DNA of 64,000 bases from Nitrososphaeria archaeon (GCA_050011875.1 JBEKIG010000004.1:128001-192000), one strand, 5' to 3'; positions 19,006 through 29,319 are shown, counted from the first letter of the stretch. Notes: a model not told the origin generated them from the letters alone. Translations and numbers: made by a program.

Positions 19006-19796
19006 TCGAGTTTCAAGGGAGATTCAGTGCAATACTGATATTCTGTGGCGCAGTAACGATCCTTTTTTTTCTCTATCCAATCCTACTTATCGTAGTACTT
19101 GGTGCTGAAGATATCATTTCCGCGCTCACGACAAAGTCTTTTCTGGCTTCGGTTGAGGTTACTTTCATAATTGCCACAGCCGCAGCGATCCTTTCTGTGC
19201 TAGTAGGTACACCTTTCGCTTATCTTCTGGCTAGATCAGACTTCAAGTTCAAAGAATTTATCGACGCAATCATTGATATACCTATTATGATTCCTCATGT
19301 CATAGTTGGCATAATGGTTGTATTAGCTTTCTCCTCAACATATGGGTTAGGTCCATTTCTGCAGGGAATCGGCATAAACCTGATCGATACGCTGATAGGT
19401 GCCATAATTACAGTTACCTATCTGTCAGCAACTTACTCTATTAGGGTGGTTGAGTCGTCGATAAAGATGATTGACCCTGATGTCGAGCTGACGGCTCGAA
19501 CACTGGGTTCCACACCAACATTTACGTTCATCCATGTTATAGTGCCTAGAATCTGGAAGTCAATAGCCAACGGAGCGATACTTACTTGGGCAAGGGCGGT
19601 TGCGGAGGTGGGAGCGCTGCTCGTGGTAGCTTATTATGTATACTTCAACGGTAACGATGTGTATCCAGCTTCGATCTATATTTATGAAGGGTACATAGCA
19701 CTAGGGTTAGCTGGTGCAGTCAAGTACTCAGCAGCTCTTCTCGTAATAGTTCTTGCTACATTCATCATTTACAGATTGGTTCTGAGACACGTCTGA
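19002..19796 (+). CDS. wtpB: Tungstate/molybdate ABC permease
   Basis: GTPFAYLLAR, DIPIMIPHVIVG, EAA-like VELTARTLG, WARAVAEVGA; frame stays open with an extra TM back to CTG 19002 overlapping the wtpA stop. Confidence 0.85.
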   Translation: MIEFQGRFSAILIFCGAVTILFFLYPILLIVVLGAEDIISALTTKSFLASVEVTFIIATAAAILSVLVGTPFAYLLARSDFKFKEFIDAIIDIPIMIPHVIVGIMVVLAFSSTYGLGPFLQGIGINLIDTLIGAIITVTYLSATYSIRVVESSIKMIDPDVELTARTLGSTPTFTFIHVIVPRIWKSIANGAILTWARAVAEVGALLVVAYYVYFNGNDVYPASIYIYEGYIALGLAGAVKYSAALLVIVLATFIIYRLVLRHV

Positions 19797-19801
19797 AGGA
19801 T

Positions 19802-20845
19802 GTGGATATGGTGCTTCAATTACTTAATGTTAATCTCACGCTGGGAACTTTCAGGCTGAACTCTGTCACACTAAATGTTGATCAACAAGAATACCTGATT
19901 ATAATTGGACGGACTGCCAGTGGCAAGACGACGCTTCTTAAGACAATCGCAGGAGCCTACAGACCATCCAGCGGTAAAATACTGATTGACGGCTCCGATA
20001 TTACAACTGCGCCTCCTGAAAAGAGGAATGTCGCTTATGTATCACAGATTTTCTCCTCATTTGATCCGATGAATGTCAAAGACAACATAGAGTTCGGGCT
20101 CAGATCTAGAGGCATGCCAAAGCCGGAGAGAAAACAGCTGGTGAACGAGATTGTCAGAGACCTAGGCATTGAACATCTACTGGATAGGATGCCAGCTACG
20201 TTAAGCGGTGGTGAACAACAGCGCGTTTCGTTGGCGAGAGCGTTGGTTACCAGCCCAAAGATATTACTATTGGATGAACCGCTTTCGATGATAGACCCCG
20301 AGACTAAAAGGTCAATCATAAGGCTACTGAAAGCAATTCCTGAGAAGTACAACATTCCAGTAGTCCATGTTACTCACGAATGGGACGAGGCCTACACATT
20401 AGCAAGTCTAATCGCTGTAATACATCAGGGCAGGATAATTGAGGTTGGTGATCCTGAACAAATATTTAATGAACCAGGGAACTATCATACGGCGAAGCTT
20501 GTAGGCTTCTATGATATGCACAAAGGAATAGCTACTCTTACTGATTCAGGGTCTACAATAAAGTTGGAGAACGGTCTAGAACTGAAGTCGCGTATGAAAA
20601 TTGGCGGTTCAGTATACGCCTGTGTAAGGCCAGAACGAGTTAAACTGAACACCAGTAACGAGTTCAATAACCTTGAGGGAAGAGTTGTAGACGTGTTCAG
20701 GGAGAAATTTGGGTTTCGCATAATCATCAATATAAACACTATTGAGTTTACAGCACTTGTTGGAAGCAAGCCTACTAGGGGAGATGTCATAACAGTTACC
20801 GTACCAGAAGACAGCGTATACGTGATACCTACTACAGAAATCTAA
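19802..20845 (+). CDS. wtpC: Tungstate/molybdate ABC ATP-binding subunit with TOBE domain
   Basis: GRTASGKT, LSGGEQQR, LLLDEP, HVTH, C-terminal VRPE/TOBE. Confidence 0.88.
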   Translation: MDMVLQLLNVNLTLGTFRLNSVTLNVDQQEYLIIIGRTASGKTTLLKTIAGAYRPSSGKILIDGSDITTAPPEKRNVAYVSQIFSSFDPMNVKDNIEFGLRSRGMPKPERKQLVNEIVRDLGIEHLLDRMPATLSGGEQQRVSLARALVTSPKILLLDEPLSMIDPETKRSIIRLLKAIPEKYNIPVVHVTHEWDEAYTLASLIAVIHQGRIIEVGDPEQIFNEPGNYHTAKLVGFYDMHKGIATLTDSGSTIKLENGLELKSRMKIGGSVYACVRPERVKLNTSNEFNNLEGRVVDVFREKFGFRIIININTIEFTALVGSKPTRGDVITVTVPEDSVYVIPTTEI

Positions 20846-21141
20846 TAACGCGCCTGTACCGATGAGGATCAATGGGGACTTGCAGTGGTATTTGATGTGC
20901 GTTCCAAGTAAGCACATGGTTCTAGATCGAATTGGTTGATATTCCGAGATACTACTGGAAGCCTTGTGGGAAATGGTTTCATCAACTTTTTCTATTCCTG
21001 AAAAAGCTAGAGAATAGTATACCCTATTCTAGGTTTGGGCAAGGGTCTCTGAACAGATAGTTGACTTAGTAAAAACATGTGGTTTGACAGAACAACGAAT
21101 AAATAACGGTATTGAGGTTATTAAGAGTAAGGTGGCATTTA

Positions 21142-21525
21142 ATGGCTAAAATCACATACCTGCCTTGGCGCGAAATAATTGTTCATGAGATCGCAGAACT
21201 CGATGTGCAACGCTTCTTCGAATCAATCGTCGCACAGCTTCAGGCACAAGGCCAAACAGGCCTCGTCCCAAGTTGCAACTGGATCGATGGAATCGCCTTC
21301 GTCTTAGGTTTTTTCCCAGATACCCAAGAGGTAGTAAAGGACAGATTAGAAGGCAAAATACACTATGCTGTTGTTAATTTCGCGAGAATGAGTTACCAGC
21401 AGGAGAAGAGAACAATTGTTGGAGGGAGATAATACACAGTGAAGTTATTTAAGGCGGATGACAATCCTAACTTTGTTGATCTGATCAAGTTCATAAAGGA
21501 AAATTTTAAGGAAAAAACTAGTTAG
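21142..21525 (+). pseudogene. Conserved-looking hypothetical protein interrupted by an in-frame TAA
   Basis: MAKITYLPWREIIVHEI...IVGGR* continues in the same frame as YTVKLFKADDNPNFVDLIKFIKENFKEKTS*. Confidence 0.55.
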
Positions 21526-21744
21526 CACGCTAATTTCAAATGCGTGTTTTAATATCATTCTTACACAATAAAATGAATAATGACAAATGAATAACTGCTC
21601 CTTTGAATTTAGATGAAAATGGAAGTATGGGTCCATAAATAGGATGATTCCTCCGATGATTGTTTCATATGTGCCACAAACAGTATCTTGAAGTTTTGAA
21701 GCCAGGAGAATATGTCTCAAATCCTTATAGGTATTCTACAAGTG

Positions 21745-22216
21745 GGTATATCCGGATTACTGAGAAGCGAAGAGGCGACACAAATTTTCTGTTTCATCCC
21801 CTTAGAGAATTTGCCAATTTATCAAGCCAATTTTTCCATTCGAACTTCTGAGACAGCTTATTCAATTCTCTTTCTGCGTTCAATAGGTGGCACTACCCTA
21901 ATCCCAACAATCATCATGGCAGCTTCTCTGGGTGTGAGCGAAGGACAGATTCCAGGATTCTCAATCAGGGGTGCCGACGGATGCCAATGCTTCTTTCTTG
22001 TGAATATGCACGTTTAAACCGTTTATCGGAGCCTCTCAAGAAGAAGATCTGATTAGGTCCGTAAACATTTTGGGAGTGGTATCTTCCCTACGCCGTTGGG
22101 ACCCAGAAATCCAACGCATTTTGACCCCCCCTAATTTTCAAGTTTAGGTCTGAAATGGCGACGAAAGAGCCGAAATATTTGGAAAGATTTATGGCTTCAA
22201 GGGATGGATTTGTCAA
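21745..22216 (-). pseudogene. Decayed ABC-2 ATP-binding gene
   Basis: From TTG 22216: TNPSLEAINLSKYFGSFVAISDLNLKI / SKCVGFLGPNGVGK / KMFTDLIRSSS* ... GKFSKGMKQKICVASSLLSNPDI; several frameshifts and stops. Confidence 0.85.
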
Positions 22217-22238
22217 AGCAACCACAGCTCACTCATTT

Positions 22239-23438
22239 TTACGTTGTCATCATTCTTCTGAACACTGGCACAGCAATCGCGATCATGACTGCTCCAAACA
22301 CTATCAGTATAATCAACTCATTTGATATCGCGGGTATCCCTGCACCTAGCACCATGACCTTCCGGAGAGCTTGAGACGCGTAGGTTAGCGGAAGGACTTT
22401 GGATATGTCCTGCATGTACCATGGCATCTGCTGTATTGGGAAGAACACACCACTGAGGAACATCATCGGGAACATCAGCGTCATCATCAGCATCTGTGCT
22501 GTCCCTTGGTCCTTTGCGAAAGATGTTATTACGATGCCTAGGCCGACGAAGCTGAATACGCCAAGCAAGAGCAGGCCGAATACCAGCAGAATGCTTCCTT
22601 GAATTATTACACCGAACAGACCAATAGATAATGCGAGTATTATGACTCCTTGGAGCAGGCCTCTTGCAGTCTGGCCTAGGGTTTTCCCAAGTATTATGCT
22701 TAGCCTGTTAATCGGTGAAACCATCATCCCGTCCATTGTGCCAATTTCCCTCTCCTGAGATATTGCGACAGGGAGTCCTGTCATGACGCTCATCATCACA
22801 GTCATAGCCATTATGCCTGGTGCGATGAAGTTAAAGTAACTGGAAGTTCCGGGAACAACTCCTTCAGTCTGAACATTGTAGGGTTTCACGATGGCAAGAG
22901 AATTGTTTGCGTTAACTGCTGGATTCAGCAATTGAACATTCTGCTGAGCTAACATAGTGCCCATTTGGTTAAAAACAGCGGTTAAAACTTCCTGAATTGT
23001 CGCAGATATTTGTGGGTTAGACTGGTCAGTTACAATAATCAGAGTCCCCTGTTGTCCAGTCAGGATGCTTGCAGAGAAATTGCTGGGGATGACTATACCG
23101 CCCTCAATATCACCCCTCTGAATCATATTCTTGATATCGCCAACATTCGACGCATTAGATAAAACCATCATCCCTGTCTTTTTGTTGATCTGCTTCAAGA
23201 CTATGGTAAAAGTTTGGCTTGCAATAGTGGAATTGTGATAACCGACATCCTCATTCACCAGCGCGACAGGCAAGTTGCTTACCGTGCTGCCGTTGGACGG
23301 ATAAATAAAGCCTACCATGGCCATCATGAATATCGGCATTAGCACAAGTAGGACTAACCCCAGTCGGTTCCTGAACAACTCCGTTAGATCTTTCTGAGCG
23401 ATCCTAATACTGTGTAAAAGCAGAGACTTTGCTCCCAT
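22239..23438 (-). CDS. ABC-2 type permease
   Basis: N-terminal TM, extracellular domain, FIAPGIMA, EREIGT, ILGK, FLSGVFFP, LPLTYA. Confidence 0.93.
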   Translation of the reverse strand: MGAKSLLLHSIRIAQKDLTELFRNRLGLVLLVLMPIFMMAMVGFIYPSNGSTVSNLPVALVNEDVGYHNSTIASQTFTIVLKQINKKTGMMVLSNASNVGDIKNMIQRGDIEGGIVIPSNFSASILTGQQGTLIIVTDQSNPQISATIQEVLTAVFNQMGTMLAQQNVQLLNPAVNANNSLAIVKPYNVQTEGVVPGTSSYFNFIAPGIMAMTVMMSVMTGLPVAISQEREIGTMDGMMVSPINRLSIILGKTLGQTARGLLQGVIILALSIGLFGVIIQGSILLVFGLLLLGVFSFVGLGIVITSFAKDQGTAQMLMMTLMFPMMFLSGVFFPIQQMPWYMQDISKVLPLTYASQALRKVMVLGAGIPAISNELIILIVFGAVMIAIAVPVFRRMMTT

Positions 23439-23444
23439 TCTGCC

Positions 23445-24467
23445 TCACCTTATCCTCCGCTGCGGCTCCCCAGAGTGCCGGTGACCCGCAGCAATCGGTA
23501 TCTTCTGGTCGGCGCTATCTCTAACCTGATGACCCGTTAGATGCAAGAATACATCTTCAAGCGTAGGTTGGAGGTTTTCAATAGAATTTATCTTTCCGTT
23601 TTTCGCCCTCACAGTGTCGATTACAGAGTCGAACGCCTCGTCGCCATGGACGATAACCCTCAAATGCATGGAGTTTTCTTGACTGACAGCGTCCACGCAT
23701 CCACATGAGCGGATGCCCTCGATAATATCGGCTGATAGATTTCCGATCTCTAGTTCCATTATAGTTGTATCAGCTCCTGAAATTAGTTTTTTCAAATTCG
23801 TTGATGTATCAAGCGCGACAATTTTGCCGTGGTCCATAATACCTATGCGATCACACAACAAATCAGCATCAACCATCATGTGCGTCGTTATTATAATGCT
23901 GGTTTTATTTTCTCTATTGATTTTCTTTATGAACTCCTTGATCTCAACAGACGATTGAGGATCCAAACCCAGTGTTGGCTCATCCAAGAACAGCACTTGA
24001 GGCATGTTAAGGAGGGCCCGTATCACGTTTATCCTCTGTCGCATGCCTGTCGAAAACGTGCCCACTTGAGCGTTCTTCCATTTGGTGAGTTGGACCAGCT
24101 CTAGCAGTTCGTCAATTCTCTTCGTTAAGAGATCTTTGGGAATGTCGAAGAGATTTCCAAAAAATCGCAGATTCTCTGTGGCCGTCAAACGATTGTACAT
24201 TATCATCTTTTCGGAAACTATACCTATCAATTTTCGCACATCGGTGTCGTTTTTAACAATGTCGTAGCCGCCAATCGTTGCAGTTCCCTTTGAAGGCCTT
24301 GCTAATGTTGAGAGCACACGTAAGGTGGTGCTCTTGCCTGCCCCGTTAGGACCGAGTAGGCCGAAGATCTCGCCTTTCTTAACGTCAAATGAGATGTCGT
24401 CAACCGCTGCGAAATCGTTAAATGTTTTAGTAAGGTTCTTTACTTCGATTATTGACTCAGTTTCCAA
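23445..24467 (-). CDS. ABC-2 ATP-binding subunit (DrrA-like)
   Basis: GPNGAGKS, FSTGMRQR, FLDEPTLGLDP, TTH, PTLEDVFL. Confidence 0.95.
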   Translation of the reverse strand: METESIIEVKNLTKTFNDFAAVDDISFDVKKGEIFGLLGPNGAGKSTTLRVLSTLARPSKGTATIGGYDIVKNDTDVRKLIGIVSEKMIMYNRLTATENLRFFGNLFDIPKDLLTKRIDELLELVQLTKWKNAQVGTFSTGMRQRINVIRALLNMPQVLFLDEPTLGLDPQSSVEIKEFIKKINRENKTSIIITTHMMVDADLLCDRIGIMDHGKIVALDTSTNLKKLISGADTTIMELEIGNLSADIIEGIRSCGCVDAVSQENSMHLRVIVHGDEAFDSVIDTVRAKNGKINSIENLQPTLEDVFLHLTGHQVRDSADQKIPIAAGHRHSGEPQRRIR

Positions 24468-24487
24468 CCTTAAATCACCTTTACCGG

Positions 24488-24527
24488 AATATTATTCGTT
24501 GAAATATTATTCATTGCAATATATCTC
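24488..24527. promoter_or_regulatory. 15-bp-period direct repeat, candidate PadR operator
   Basis: AATATTATTCGTTG-A-AATATTATTCATTG-C-AATATATCTC in the divergent ABC/padR spacer. Confidence 0.55.
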
Positions 24528-24583
24528 CATAGGAACAAGGCAAAAATAAGTAAAATATAAATATTCCTAAAGACAATAATAAA

Positions 24584-25189
24584 TTGGTAACGCACATGCA
24601 AACAGAATTCGAAGAAGAGACAACTGTGCACTGGCTGAAGGAAGCACAAAAAGGCTACATCCGCGTTGCGGTACTCATTCTCCTCAACAAGAAGCCGTCT
24701 CACGGCTACGAAATCATGAAAGAAATCAAAGACAAAACCAGAGGCTTTTGGAAACCGACAGCCGGCGGCGTATACCCAATCCTTCGAGACCTAGAAAAAG
24801 ATGGATACATCGAAGGGAAATGGTCCACCCAAAATAACAGAAAAATAAAGGTCTACAAAATCACCCACACAGGCATTATTATTCTCAAACGTGCAATTAT
24901 CAAGCAAAGCAAAATCGCTAACAGCATGAACGCCCTGTTTCAAGAATTTGCGAAAGACGTTTTGAGCATGAGACCAGAAACATTACCAATGCTGGTTATA
25001 CCAACCCCTTTCTCCCCCTTCTTTGAGGAGAAAAATCAAGAACAGGAATATGACATAAAAAACTTAAAACAAAAACGAAACAATCTTAAAGGCACAATCA
25101 GGATGTTGCAAAAAGAGCTTCAAACAACAAATAAAAAATTGGCCAAACAAATAGCTGGGAAAGAACAAAAGAAAGGGAGCTCATCATAG
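24584..25189 (+). CDS. PadR-family transcriptional regulator with C-terminal coiled coil
   Basis: HGYEIMKEI...WKPTAGGVYPILRDLEKDGYI...KVYKIT. Confidence 0.93.
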   Translation: MVTHMQTEFEEETTVHWLKEAQKGYIRVAVLILLNKKPSHGYEIMKEIKDKTRGFWKPTAGGVYPILRDLEKDGYIEGKWSTQNNRKIKVYKITHTGIIILKRAIIKQSKIANSMNALFQEFAKDVLSMRPETLPMLVIPTPFSPFFEEKNQEQEYDIKNLKQKRNNLKGTIRMLQKELQTTNKKLAKQIAGKEQKKGSSS

Positions 25190-25314
25190 TAGTCAGACTT
25201 CATGCTCAAATAAATACGCGGTACTAAATATCCGAGACAAGCGCCTGCAATTAGCAATTAGCATGGTCTGTCTAAGACGTCAGAGGATAGTCGTTCTAAG
25301 TTCATAACTTAATC

Positions 25315-25408
25315 TGTTAAGTTCCATAACGAAAACTCGGCAAATAATCATAATCACTCTAATATTTTGAATCCTGCTAACTCATTAAAGAGAACCTTGA
25401 ACTTAACA
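25315..25408. repeat. 94-bp element with perfect 10-bp terminal inverted repeats (MITE candidate)
   Basis: TGTTAAGTTC ... GAACTTAACA; no clear TSD. Confidence 0.35.
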
Positions 25409-25835
25409 AATACATTTTATTCAAAAAGCGTCTAAGAAATAGAATAAATTAACTTATCATATATGCTTTTGAATTTAATTATCCCGTAAATATTCGGGAA
25501 ATTTTAATATCATTTACTTCCATTTATTGAAATCGGTGAGCTTAATGTCATGCAGCCAAAGATCGTGTTGGGGATAATAATCGTTAGCGGCCTAACGGTC
25601 GGTGAAATATTATCGCTATGAGGTACCCCCTCATTATTTTTATAAAAAATCAGCATTTTCCTATTATAATATCTATTGATTTATCCCAGGTTTCATGAAC
25701 TTTTGTTTTATCGAACCCAGCTAAGAGTTGAGTTACCATTTCACAATAAAGCGCAACCCAATTCCTTAAATCTTAGGTTTTTCTTTATATCCTTTTTCAG
25801 AAATAAATAGGTCCACATAGAACGGTAGTGCGTCA

Positions 25836-26507
25836 TTGGAGTTTGAGCAATATATGACATCTCAATTCGCTCCAGGAGAAATTATTTCTATAATAATCGC
25901 TTGGATTGTACTCTCTATCGGAATTACTTTCAGTAACTTCCTGGGCCTTCTCAGCGGAGTACAAGGAAACCTTGAGGTAATAATGGCTGGGTTCATTGCC
26001 ACTGCGACTGGTTTCATTCTTCATGAAATGGGGCACAAGTACGTCGCGATAAGGCACGGATATATTGCACATTTCCGTATATGGGTCTGGGGGATTGCCT
26101 TGACAATTATCACTGCTATTATTTCAGGCGGCGGCTTTATCTTCGGAGCGCCAGGAGCAGTCTACATCACGCCAGCTGCGGTGGCATATTCTTTCGGTTA
26201 CTATTCTTCAAGTTACAAGATCTCAGACCCTGACCAAGAGAATATGATAATTTCGGCTGCGGGCCCTGGGCTCAATCTTGCTTTCGCCTTATTCTTCTTC
26301 GCTCTATTAATTTTTGCGTCTCCAAACTCTTTTGCCGAAACTGTCGGCTCTTTGGGATTTGCCATCAACCTCGGACTGGGGTCCTTTAATATGATTCCCT
26401 TTCCTCCGTTGGATGGCTACAAAATATTCAAGAAAAACATCATCATAGGATTAGCCATCGCCCTACCTTTGTGGGCAATGTTCTTCTTGTATTTTTTCAT
26501 CCTCTAG
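25836..26507 (+). CDS. Site-2 protease (M50 family)
   Basis: HEMGH zinc motif, AAGP..N, FNMIPFPPLDG. Confidence 0.93.
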   Translation: MEFEQYMTSQFAPGEIISIIIAWIVLSIGITFSNFLGLLSGVQGNLEVIMAGFIATATGFILHEMGHKYVAIRHGYIAHFRIWVWGIALTIITAIISGGGFIFGAPGAVYITPAAVAYSFGYYSSSYKISDPDQENMIISAAGPGLNLAFALFFFALLIFASPNSFAETVGSLGFAINLGLGSFNMIPFPPLDGYKIFKKNIIIGLAIALPLWAMFFLYFFIL

Positions 26508-26675
26508 AAAGGTCGCCACATATGTGACATATTTGTGGAAGATATATTAGGGTTAGGAGCGTAGAATATGTTGTGGACATCTTCCCTCATTTTGGATGAA
26601 GGAGAACACGTAAGTGATGGTGAGGGTAAAAAGTCTTGCGCGTCATAATCTACAGCAAAATATGTAGTGGCGTTT

Positions 26676-27218
26676 TCAAACTCTATGCCTCTCCGTGACC
26701 TCCACATGTTCGATCACAATCACCGCTCCGATAACCACCCGGTGATCAGCTTCTCCAGTTATCGAGACCCCGAGCTGATCCCGCACCGAGACCCACTTCT
26801 TGTGCACAGAAGCCACCTGAACCCCGTTAACCTGCATCTGATAATCATGCTCCGTGAAGTTTCCGAAGATGCGCATAAACTCAACCCCATCTTTTTCCAC
26901 CCAGTACTCTGACCCGATCAACTTGACCACCTTCCTCTTTATGGTTCCCAGTTCCACTCCAGCACTGTCAAAGAAAGTGAACTGGTTTCCGAGTGAAAAT
27001 ACTTTCCCTTCGAGATGCATCAACTCAGAACCATTGACATCTATGACGACGAACTTGGCTGGCAACTGAAAAAGATTGCCATCAGCCTCCCCCAATTTCG
27101 TCCCTGTAACATTCTCCAGATCATAGTGCTCACGCGCAGAGAGTATCTTCTTCTTCAGAATGAAATCGTTGACTTCAAAGAGATAATTTGTGCTATTCAT
27201 TAACTCACGAGGGAACAA
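26676..27218 (-). CDS. LURP-one-related/scramblase-like protein
   Basis: KKKILSAREHY, GNFTEHDY, VASVHKKW.SVRD pattern of tubby-like C-terminal domains. Confidence 0.75.
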   Translation of the reverse strand: MFPRELMNSTNYLFEVNDFILKKKILSAREHYDLENVTGTKLGEADGNLFQLPAKFVVIDVNGSELMHLEGKVFSLGNQFTFFDSAGVELGTIKRKVVKLIGSEYWVEKDGVEFMRIFGNFTEHDYQMQVNGVQVASVHKKWVSVRDQLGVSITGEADHRVVIGAVIVIEHVEVTERHRV

Positions 27219-27578
27219 CGGCGTCCTGTAATTAAAACCTTTAGTGCCGTACAGTCGTTCATTTACCGATTATTCCATATTAGTCCAATAGGTAAACAAG
27301 GAAACCCTTGTATTATATCTGAAATCATTGATACGTCAACAAGAAATCAAAACCGCTTGGGGTTATAGAGAATATGCAACATCTCAAATCCTGCAAAGAG
27401 TGCAGAACGGATTACAGAATTATAGATCGTCCGTTATTCCAAAGCAAAATCTCTAATGCTATTTTCAAACAGACTTACATCACATACAACTAAGTCTCTT
27501 CCAGCTTCTATTTTTAAAGTGGATAAAAATCTAGCTGCTAAAATCTTAAGGCTTACCAGCAAAGCTCGATTTCAACCT

Positions 27579-29261
27579 TTAATTGAGATCTTTGATGTAC
27601 CTGTGTCCATACAGTCTCTGAAAGGGTATGGGTATTCCTTGAGGATTTATCTTAACGTCCAAGACAACGGGGCCCTTGTTCCAGTCAAGGGCGTTTTTTA
27701 TAGAAGGATAGAGATCTTCCCTTTTCTCCACACTTATCCCCTTTGCACCTAATGCGTCAGCGATCTTCGAGAAATCCACCTTAGGTATTTTGTACAGCTC
27801 TCTGGTATCACTATGATATTTAACGTGCTCATAAATTCTTAACACCTTATAGCTGGAATCGTTAAACACTACGATGATCGGTTTTGCACCATACTCTACT
27901 GCTGTCGCAATTTCCAGACCGGTCATCAAAAAACCGCCGTCACCGACGATTCCGAAAACCTGCTTATTCGGATACTCTATTGAAGCCGCAACAGCACCTG
28001 GCACTGCTAATCCCATCGAAATATAGCTTGTCGTAGTGACGTAGGTGCCTGAAATATACACGGGCATGATAAAGGTTTCCACACGATGGGCGCCGACATC
28101 ACATATGAAGATAGCATCCTTTTCAGCCATCTCTCTAACAGCCTTTACTACTTCAAAAGATTCTATCAGATCTGTTTTGGCCTCAGAATAGAATCTTTCG
28201 ATTTCTTGAGATTCTTTTTCCCGGATGATAGACAGCATCGATTCGTTATTTATCTTATAAGAATATTTTCTTGAAGACAGTTCCTTTAGCAGACTTGAAA
28301 GGAACTCTTTCGCATCTGAAATAATCGCGATTTCTGGTTTGAATGTTCTACCTATCTCATTTCCATCGATGTTGACATGAACTAGACTACCATTTATTTT
28401 AAGACTGTACCTACCTGTCCCCATTTCGCTGAAGCGATTACCTACCGCTAACACGACATCAGCTCTAGAGATTACGGTCTGAGCCGTCGCATCGCCTGTT
28501 CTCCCTGCGGCCACTCCGGCATATAGTGGATGTTCATTGGGAATCAGGCCCTTAGCCATAATCGTTGTGGTAATGGGAGCTCCAAGTAGTTCTGCGACAC
28601 TTATCAACTCATTCTCCCCTTCAGCGAGATAAACACCTCTTCCGGCTATTATTACTGGTAGACCTGCTTTTTCAAGAAGATCAGCGACAAGTTTGACGGA
28701 CCCTGAATCCAACTTCGGCTTACGAATTCGACCTTTAACGTATTCGACTCGAACACCGTCTTCAACAAGTAAATCAACGGAGAGCTCCACATAGACTGGG
28801 CCCGGCTTATCGCTCGCTGAATCGACAAAAGCTTTCGAAATACAAGAAGAAATTTGATCGTAGCATTCAATTCTGTACTGGGTTTTAGTTACGGGTTTCA
28901 TGAGCTCCATTTGATCGCCGCGCTTAACAAGCTGATGCATATGCGAAGTTTTACCGTCATCGCTCGGAAAGCCTCCTATCACAACAAGAGGGTCTCCTTC
29001 AACCATAGCAGCTGCAATTGGCGAAAGAGAACCGATAACACCAGGTCCAGCTGTAACCACTAGGAGTCCGGGTAGTCGTTTAACCCTTGAATATATAACT
29101 GCCATAAATGCTGCAGATAATTCGAGTTTAGAATTAACTAGCTTTATGCCCTTGACAAGCAATGATTTAAGAAGGGGGCTAATATTTTCAGCAGAAACAG
29201 TAAAGGCCGTCTCAACGCCTTCGTCAGCCAAGCATTCGGCGATAAAATCGCTTCCTCTCAA
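27579..29261 (-). CDS. Thiamine pyrophosphate-dependent enzyme (acetolactate synthase-like)
   Basis: E..AAFMA, TAGPG, KPGPVYVE, GDGGFLM...VFND TPP motif. Confidence 0.9.
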   Translation of the reverse strand: MRGSDFIAECLADEGVETAFTVSAENISPLLKSLLVKGIKLVNSKLELSAAFMAVIYSRVKRLPGLLVVTAGPGVIGSLSPIAAAMVEGDPLVVIGGFPSDDGKTSHMHQLVKRGDQMELMKPVTKTQYRIECYDQISSCISKAFVDSASDKPGPVYVELSVDLLVEDGVRVEYVKGRIRKPKLDSGSVKLVADLLEKAGLPVIIAGRGVYLAEGENELISVAELLGAPITTTIMAKGLIPNEHPLYAGVAAGRTGDATAQTVISRADVVLAVGNRFSEMGTGRYSLKINGSLVHVNIDGNEIGRTFKPEIAIISDAKEFLSSLLKELSSRKYSYKINNESMLSIIREKESQEIERFYSEAKTDLIESFEVVKAVREMAEKDAIFICDVGAHRVETFIMPVYISGTYVTTTSYISMGLAVPGAVAASIEYPNKQVFGIVGDGGFLMTGLEIATAVEYGAKPIIVVFNDSSYKVLRIYEHVKYHSDTRELYKIPKVDFSKIADALGAKGISVEKREDLYPSIKNALDWNKGPVVLDVKINPQGIPIPFQRLYGHRYIKDLN

Positions 29262-29319
29262 AGATAAACCATTTATAGTAGGGCGTGCAGCGTTATAAGC
29301 CTTTTGAGATTTGGATAAA

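Noticed and set aside
17678-22134. Apparent transposon around wtpABC: GGGGGGTCAAAA...TTTTGACCCCCC inverted ends with CTAA on both flanks
   Set aside because: The right 'end' lies inside the ABC ATPase pseudogene, whose homology continues across it (DLNLKI|GSKCVGFLGPNG), so it is not an insertion junction; no transposase is present. Treated as coincidence.
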